Positions 26,807 through 32,000 of a DNA stretch of 32,000 nucleotides are shown here, one piece after another (position 1 is the stretch's first letter; each line of letters starts with the position of its first letter). The stretch lies in the NCBI GenBank assembly GCA_021654395.1, contig AP024486.1:782440-814439 (forward strand), read 5' to 3'. Origin of the DNA: Candidatus Saccharimonadota bacterium (lineage in GTDB: Archaea; Micrarchaeota; Micrarchaeia; Micrarchaeales; Micrarchaeaceae). The translations under genes were made by a program, and so were the position numbers. The notes under the pieces were generated by a model. It was not told where the DNA came from. It was given only the letters and a program-made list of their open reading frames with translations, and did not search any database.

Positions 26807-29453
26807 TATAATAGTAAACTTGTGGAATAGGATCTGATGCTATCTGTGATACTGCACTCTGATTCAATGCTGCATAGTATAGCTGAAGGTTTGATATGCT
26901 TCCATTAAATCCTCTGCCAACAATAATATTATTTATTAGGCCGCTTGATGAGCAGCTAGTCTGATTCTGGAGTAAGCCATTTATATATATTAAGCATACG
27001 CTACCACTATTTACAACTATTATATTATATAGATCTCTTGTATTCATCTTTAAACCATTATAGTATATGTTTAACGCCTTACCATTTATATTTAGAGCTA
27101 TGCTACCGTTATTCCAGTATGCTGTAAACATGCCTGGTAGATCTATAATCTGACACTCTGAGCTACATCCAAATGGATATATATCGAATGAAACGGTATA
27201 AGCGTTATGTATATCTGTAAGCATCCCCTCTGCTGGTATAGTTATATAATTGTTACTATTAAATACTGGAGCTAATACATCTGTATATCTGCTAGGAGAT
27301 TGTATATAAGAGAAGTTAACATTAGATGTAACTACTGTTCTTGGGTTAAAATAATCCGAAGCATTACCATCAAGTAGATACCATGCAACTGCGCCATAAC
27401 TGAGAGGGGCGTCTAATGGATTATTGTACAGATTATTCACCTGCAATGAATTTAATGATACGTTATATATCTGCAAGTTAGTTATATATCCCTTCATATA
27501 TTCTCCATTAAGCTGATCCGCACCTACAACTATATCTCCTGCGATATGCGTACCTACAAGACTACTTACATCCCTGCCTATTGAGTTACATATATTAGTT
27601 ATATTAGATAAGCTTCCATCTACATATAGAGACTGAAATGACTTATTTATATAATATGTAATCATATACCATCTATTATATGAGTAGATCTGTGGTGTAG
27701 ATGCAAGTATATATCTATTACCGTTATTAGGAACATAACCGTATATTATGCCATAAGTGTTATTTGCCAATGATGTAGAGTAAGCATAAATAACAAACTG
27801 ATTTGTGCTACCTGCTGAAAGTATTGGCTCTGAGTAGACATTACATATATACTTGTTAGATAAAGCGCCTTTCGGTATATTAATCCAAAGATTAATAGTA
27901 AAGTAGTTAGAGTTAAACTTATTGTTAAAAAGGTTTATTATATTATATCCAGTATCTATATAGTTAGAGCCCTTAAAGTCTGCAGCCAGTATAGGAGAGG
28001 TGTCTGTAGGTAGATTACTCCATATAGGATCAGTAAAGCTTCCATTAACATAGCCTGCTCTTAGATCATATACTATGCTTCCATAGCCCTCATCTAAAGG
28101 ATACCAACCTGCAAGATAGTCGTATAGAGATTCATATGGAAAAGCATTAAGCACAAGCCTCTCATAAGATAGATTACCTCCAGTTATAGAAAGATTGTAC
28201 TGATTTACTCCAGCTATAACAGATAGATTCTTAGAGCTACTATAGTTGAATGTACCATTTCCTATTACTCCATAATCTGTAAATAATGAGTTGTTGCTGC
28301 TATATCTAATTACTTCGATCTTCGCAAATGTTATATAGCTTAGTGAGCTCCCTGTGCCAGCAGATCCACTAATATAGTTTAAGAGGTTACCATCTAGATT
28401 AAACCAGTCTACAAGATTGCTACTAAACTGCTCATAAAATGGATTAAATGAAGGCCCATTATTATATAATAGACTTATACTATTACCTGGTAGAGGTATA
28501 TTGTATATCTGAATATCTGCTATATTACCATTATAGTTAGATGATGCATTGTATGTAAGTAGGTATAGCTGATTTCCTTTTGGTAATCTAAAGCCAGCTA
28601 CTATACGTTGAGCTATTAGCTTTCCATTAAAGTAGAGATCTAATATACCGTTATTATAAACTATCCCTATATTAGATAAGCTGCCGTATGGCTCATTAAT
28701 AGTATATTGATAGCTTAGATCTCCGAATGTTAGATATAAGTTGTTGCCTTTTAGTATAACTAATGTCTGGCACTGCTGCGGATCATTAGCTACGCAGCTA
28801 CTGCTATTAGATATAGTAATTAAAGGACCGTTATTATCTGGGCTTTGCAGTACCCAGAATGTTATTGAGAACTCTGTTGTTTGGTTAGTTATAGAGCTTA
28901 GTGGCTCTTCTATATATCCATTGTTAGATATATTTGCTAACCTTATTGCATAATTTATATAAGGTACTGCTGACGAGCTTGAATAGCTATTATACTGTAG
29001 CTGTAGATTATTTATATATAAAACCCCAAAGTGCTTCTCTATCCTTATAAAGCCAGATGATGCATTTATGATATATAAGCCGTTGCTAAGCTCTTCAGTT
29101 GAGTTTATTATTATGCCTCTAACAGGCGCATCAGAGTAAGCAGTAATCTGATTGTTACCTATATTTATAATACCCTCTATAAATCCATTCTTAGTTAAAG
29201 CTATTATTGGCTTATGACCATCTATCACATATAAAGGCATTTGTATATTTATATTTGAGTTAGATACTGCAGCAATATCTATATATGATGCTATAATATT
29301 AACATAAGACTGAAGAAGCTTAAGATCTCTATTTGCAACTATGCTGCTATCCTGTGCAGATATAAGTAAGAATATTATGGCGAATAGAGTTAGAGCTACC
29401 ATAGATATTATAAAAAACTCCAAAGCTATCTGAAGTCTGAATGCCTTAAGCAT
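26790..29453 (-). CDS. large prepilin-like surface protein with three LamG-like (concanavalin-A-like lectin) modules; putative filament-associated adhesin
   Basis: Leader MLKAFRLQIALEFFIISMVALTLFAIIFLLI. Three modules each open with a W(Y/F)xLD(G/E) segment and end with GxIxxxQ(I/L)Y...L...(LYNN). Track start 29471 is TTG; the ATG is at 29453. Confidence 0.75.
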   Translation of the reverse strand: MLKAFRLQIALEFFIISMVALTLFAIIFLLISAQDSSIVANRDLKLLQSYVNIIASYIDIAAVSNSNINIQMPLYVIDGHKPIIALTKNGFIEGIINIGNNQITAYSDAPVRGIIINSTEELSNGLYIINASSGFIRIEKHFGVLYINNLQLQYNSYSSSSAVPYINYAIRLANISNNGYIEEPLSSITNQTTEFSITFWVLQSPDNNGPLITISNSSSCVANDPQQCQTLVILKGNNLYLTFGDLSYQYTINEPYGSLSNIGIVYNNGILDLYFNGKLIAQRIVAGFRLPKGNQLYLLTYNASSNYNGNIADIQIYNIPLPGNSISLLYNNGPSFNPFYEQFSSNLVDWFNLDGNLLNYISGSAGTGSSLSYITFAKIEVIRYSSNNSLFTDYGVIGNGTFNYSSSKNLSVIAGVNQYNLSITGGNLSYERLVLNAFPYESLYDYLAGWYPLDEGYGSIVYDLRAGYVNGSFTDPIWSNLPTDTSPILAADFKGSNYIDTGYNIINLFNNKFNSNYFTINLWINIPKGALSNKYICNVYSEPILSAGSTNQFVIYAYSTSLANNTYGIIYGYVPNNGNRYILASTPQIYSYNRWYMITYYINKSFQSLYVDGSLSNITNICNSIGRDVSSLVGTHIAGDIVVGADQLNGEYMKGYITNLQIYNVSLNSLQVNNLYNNPLDAPLSYGAVAWYLLDGNASDYFNPRTVVTSNVNFSYIQSPSRYTDVLAPVFNSNNYITIPAEGMLTDIHNAYTVSFDIYPFGCSSECQIIDLPGMFTAYWNNGSIALNINGKALNIYYNGLKMNTRDLYNIIVVNSGSVCLIYINGLLQNQTSCSSSGLINNIIVGRGFNGSISNLQLYYAALNQSAVSQIASDPIPQVYYYNGDVD

Positions 29454-29478
29454 AAGATCATCAAGCAACAATTAATTA

Positions 29479-29486
29479 TTTATAAA
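29479..29486. promoter_or_regulatory. palindromic TATA-like box TTTATAAA in a short divergent intergenic region
   Basis: It lies ~30 nt from the minus-strand ATG (29453) and ~36 nt from the plus-strand ATG (29519). The sequence is its own reverse complement. Confidence 0.3.
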
Positions 29487-29518
29487 TTGTTAAACAAAGT
29501 TTAAAATAAGATAGTATT

Positions 29519-29857
29519 ATGAAAAGGAGCACTTTACTGAGAATGCTAAAGAGAGAAGGATTATCTAGATTTGAGATAGCAGTACTCCTTTATGTTTATG
29601 ATAATAAGGATAAAGATCTAATTACATATAAGGAGATTGCAGAGGCTATAGGCCATAGTAGAGCTTATAGAGCCGTAGGCAATGCGTTGCACAGGAATCC
29701 CTTTCCAGAGGTAATACCGTGCTATAAGGTAATAAGGTCTGATATGCATATAGGCTCATACGTTAATGGTAGAGATTCTAAAAGGATCTTACTACAAAGA
29801 TCTCTTAATGGTAAAGGTTATAAGATAATAAACGATAGAGTTATAAAGATAAGCTGA
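29519..29857 (+). CDS. MGMT-family (O6-alkylguanine-DNA alkyltransferase C-terminal domain-like) small protein with variant active-site motif
   Basis: ITYKEIAEAIGHSRAYRAVGNALHRNPFPEVIPCYKVIRSDMHIGSY aligns to the MGMT wHTH/active-site region. The canonical IPCHRV is IPCYKV here, and there is no N-terminal domain. Confidence 0.7.
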   Translation: MKRSTLLRMLKREGLSRFEIAVLLYVYDNKDKDLITYKEIAEAIGHSRAYRAVGNALHRNPFPEVIPCYKVIRSDMHIGSYVNGRDSKRILLQRSLNGKGYKIINDRVIKIS

Positions 29858-29930
29858 GATATAGCTATAGGTAAGAGATATAAATACTTGCTTAAAATTA
29901 AGATTAGATATAAAACATAGACTGATATAG

Positions 29931-31253
29931 ATGGATCTTCCTGATAATCTACTTGATATAGAAGATAGAATACTAGATGCAATAAAAGGCAGATTAACTG
30001 GGCTTAAGCCAGAAGAGAGAAGCGAGCTGATAAGAAACTTGTGCTATTCAATAGATCCGAATCTCTCTAAGGACGAGATCAAGCTTATAGAAGAGGATAT
30101 AATAGACTTTGGCTTTGTTAGGCCTCTTCTCAACGATGAGCATATAGAGGATATAATGATAAACAATACACAGAATATATTTGTATATGACAACAGAACT
30201 GGAAATAAGAAGATAGGGCAGAGATTTAAGGATCAGAAGGAGCTTATTAGATTTATAAAGAAGATGGAAGCCTATAATACAAGTGAGTATAATAATGGCC
30301 AGATCTTAGATATACATCTTCCAAATGGTAGTAGAGCCAATGTTGTAGCATCTCCATTAGGCTATAATGTTACAATAAGAAACTCAAAGCCAAAACCTTT
30401 TAGTATACTAGATCTAGTTAACTATGGAGAGCTAGACTATGGATTAGCAGCTAAGCTATGGATGTATACTGATGGATTTAATGTAAGACCTGCCAATATA
30501 CTAATAGGAGGTATGCCTGCATCTGGAAAGACAACACTACTAAATGCAATGTTCTCATTCTTTAGGCCGGAAGAGAGAATAATAACCATAGAAGAGACTT
30601 ATGAGCTAAATACAGAGACGCATGAGAACTGTGTCAGACTAGAGACAAATAATGAGCTAAGGCTCGTAGACCTTGTAAAGGCATCATTAAGAATGAGGCC
30701 GGATATGCTAATAATAGGAGAGGTTCGAGGAGAAGAGGCTATAGATATGATGACTGCTATGAATATAGGTAAGAACTGTATGGCGACTATACATGCATCC
30801 TCAGCAAGAGATGTTATAAAGAGATTACAGCATGCTCCTATGAATGTGCCTTATGATATACTACCTGCAATAGATGCTATAGTTATAGTTGCACCAACTT
30901 ATGATAAAGGAAAGATGCATAGAAGGATCGTACAAGTAGCTGAGATAGCAGGACTAGAGATGAATCAAGTACTGCTTTCAGATATATATACATTTGACTA
31001 TAAAACAAAGAAGGCTAGCCTTATAATGCCAGGTGTTACTTATAGAGATCTCTTATCAGAGGTATTAGGAATAACGCCACAGGAGTTCTTAGAGGAGGAG
31101 CAGGTAAGAGCAGCTATACTAGCAAGATGCAATGAGCTACATAAGACAGATATGAAAAGCATTAGCGACGTAGTAAAGGCTTATTATATAGATCCATATG
31201 CTACAATAAAAGAGCTAGGAATGCAAGGTGTAGAGCCAGTAATTGTTAGATAA
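29931..31253 (+). CDS. type II/IV secretion system family ATPase (archaeal PilB/FlaI/VirB11-like)
   Basis: LLNDEHIEDIMINNTQNIFV N-domain motif, Walker A GGMPASGKTT, Walker B/Asp box RMRPDMLIIGEVRGEEA, His box MATIHASSARD. Confidence 0.9.
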   Translation: MDLPDNLLDIEDRILDAIKGRLTGLKPEERSELIRNLCYSIDPNLSKDEIKLIEEDIIDFGFVRPLLNDEHIEDIMINNTQNIFVYDNRTGNKKIGQRFKDQKELIRFIKKMEAYNTSEYNNGQILDIHLPNGSRANVVASPLGYNVTIRNSKPKPFSILDLVNYGELDYGLAAKLWMYTDGFNVRPANILIGGMPASGKTTLLNAMFSFFRPEERIITIEETYELNTETHENCVRLETNNELRLVDLVKASLRMRPDMLIIGEVRGEEAIDMMTAMNIGKNCMATIHASSARDVIKRLQHAPMNVPYDILPAIDAIVIVAPTYDKGKMHRRIVQVAEIAGLEMNQVLLSDIYTFDYKTKKASLIMPGVTYRDLLSEVLGITPQEFLEEEQVRAAILARCNELHKTDMKSISDVVKAYYIDPYATIKELGMQGVEPVIVR

Positions 31254-31257
31254 TATA

Positions 31258-32000
31258 TCATGGCATAAGATCGTTGTTCTTTATCTTATCTCTTATATAA
31301 TCTCCTATAAATGTTAATCTAGGTCCTTGAAGGCTATCCTGCTCTAACTTAAGCTTTGTTTTTAGTACCTTCTTTAGCTCTATCTCCCATTCCTTATGCT
31401 TACTTATCCATTCATAGCTTAGAAGCTCTTGAGCTCTCTTAAGATCTAGCTCTGTAGCTTTTAGTGTTAGATTCTTTAGGAAGCTATATCTCTCTATATC
31501 AGATATAGTAACTCCTAAGAATCTTGCTTTTGGTGTAGCTAGTTCATGATTTATATATGCTAGATTCATACTGCCTGCCTTTATAGTCCAGTAGATATAC
31601 CAGCCCCATGCATCGCAGTCGTTAAATACATACACTGGTAAGCCCATATCTGAGAGCTTCCTTATTAGTCTTCTTGCACCTCTAGAAGCTTGACCTTGTG
31701 GCGTTATCAGTATTACATCCTCTTTCTTCCAGAATCCATCCTCATTCAATCTCTGCCATATAGCATCCTTCTCAACAACTAGAACATACTTTGCCTTTAT
31801 ATCAACAAAGTCTATATTATTATCTACATCGCTTGGAATTGCCCATCCGCTTCTTCCTAGCTTGCTTATATCTATCTCCTCTTCTTCACCGCCGTATCTA
31901 TCAATAACCTTCATCTTGCCTATTACTACGCCTTTTCTGTTTGCTGTTAGATGCATATCCTCTCTTTTCAGATTTAGTGCAACTTCTAGATCTTCAACTA
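31258..32000 (-). CDS. top6A: DNA topoisomerase VI subunit A (Spo11-like), 5'-partial at window edge
   Basis: VVEKDAIWQRL, QGQASRGARRLIRKL and Toprim VYVFNDCDAWGWYIY motifs. The frame remains open from the listed ATG (31956) to nt 32000 (…VEDLEVALNLKRED-MHLT). Confidence 0.9.
   Translation of the reverse strand, partial: VEDLEVALNLKREDMHLTANRKGVVIGKMKVIDRYGGEEEEIDISKLGRSGWAIPSDVDNNIDFVDIKAKYVLVVEKDAIWQRLNEDGFWKKEDVILITPQGQASRGARRLIRKLSDMGLPVYVFNDCDAWGWYIYWTIKAGSMNLAYINHELATPKARFLGVTISDIERYSFLKNLTLKATELDLKRAQELLSYEWISKHKEWEIELKKVLKTKLKLEQDSLQGPRLTFIGDYIRDKIKNNDLMP

Noticed and set aside
628-28953. Other short antisense ORFs in the track: 628-837, 677-958, 1377-1568, 2948-3178, 3977-4273, 4728-5015, 5857-6198, 10287-10481, 10551-10796, 11132-11314, 14115-14354, 14767-15057, 15622-15840, 18681-18920, 19691-19969, 22657-22842, 22781-22999, 23758-23964, 24624-24869, 24988-25209, 26165-26377, 28741-28953
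   Set aside because: Each lies wholly or mostly within a longer, motif-supported or better-supported CDS on the opposite strand and has low-complexity, hydrophobic composition typical of shadow frames.
29858-29930. Direct 9-nt repeat AGATATAAA x2 upstream of the ATPase gene
   Set aside because: It is a short AT-rich word likely to recur by chance in this composition. At most it is a TATA-like box, which is not enough to call.

Overview
AT-rich, very gene-dense (about 90% or more coding) chromosomal segment. It is archaeal: it carries ribosomal proteins eS26 and L21e, RNA polymerase subunit Rpo4/F next to a DUF655 gene, Top6A, a class II ribonucleotide reductase, and several proteins with archaeal class III (prepilin-like) signal peptides. 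All calls come from motifs read by eye in the supplied translations; no database search was run. I saw no rRNA, CRISPR array, transposase or integrase.

Housekeeping genes:
- Polyprenyl synthase (5'-partial).
- GNAT acetyltransferase.
- AlkP-family phosphodiesterase.
- Phosphohexomutase.
- APC permease.
- Endonuclease III.
- Threonine synthase.
- MazG-like protein.
- Sugar-phosphate nucleotidyltransferase.
- DUF192 protein.
- Alpha/beta hydrolase.
- Methyltransferase.
- SDR.
- NrdJ.
- GT4/AglH-like transferase.
- GDPD.
- tRNA-Pro(UGG) and tRNA-Val(CAC).

The accessory content is mostly cell-surface filament genes:
1. A tightly packed minus-strand operon (24929-29471) encodes an ~890-aa prepilin-like protein with three LamG-like modules, followed by three small pilin-like proteins. 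It lies divergent from an MGMT-like small protein and a type II/IV secretion-family ATPase (29931-31253). No platform protein or prepilin peptidase is in the window.
2. A second pilin-like gene (20920-22308) has a ~160-residue Ser/Thr tract built from tandem DNA repeats and two 8-Cys modules. The second module is readable only in the -1 frame, and that frame ends in an ATGA overlap with the next gene.
3. A third pilin-like gene sits at 10803-11678.

Orphan genes with no motif I recognise are a TTG-initiated two-gene cassette just downstream of tRNA-Pro (9014-10806), a 391-aa ORF (14727-15902) and a 112-aa ORF (11711-12049).
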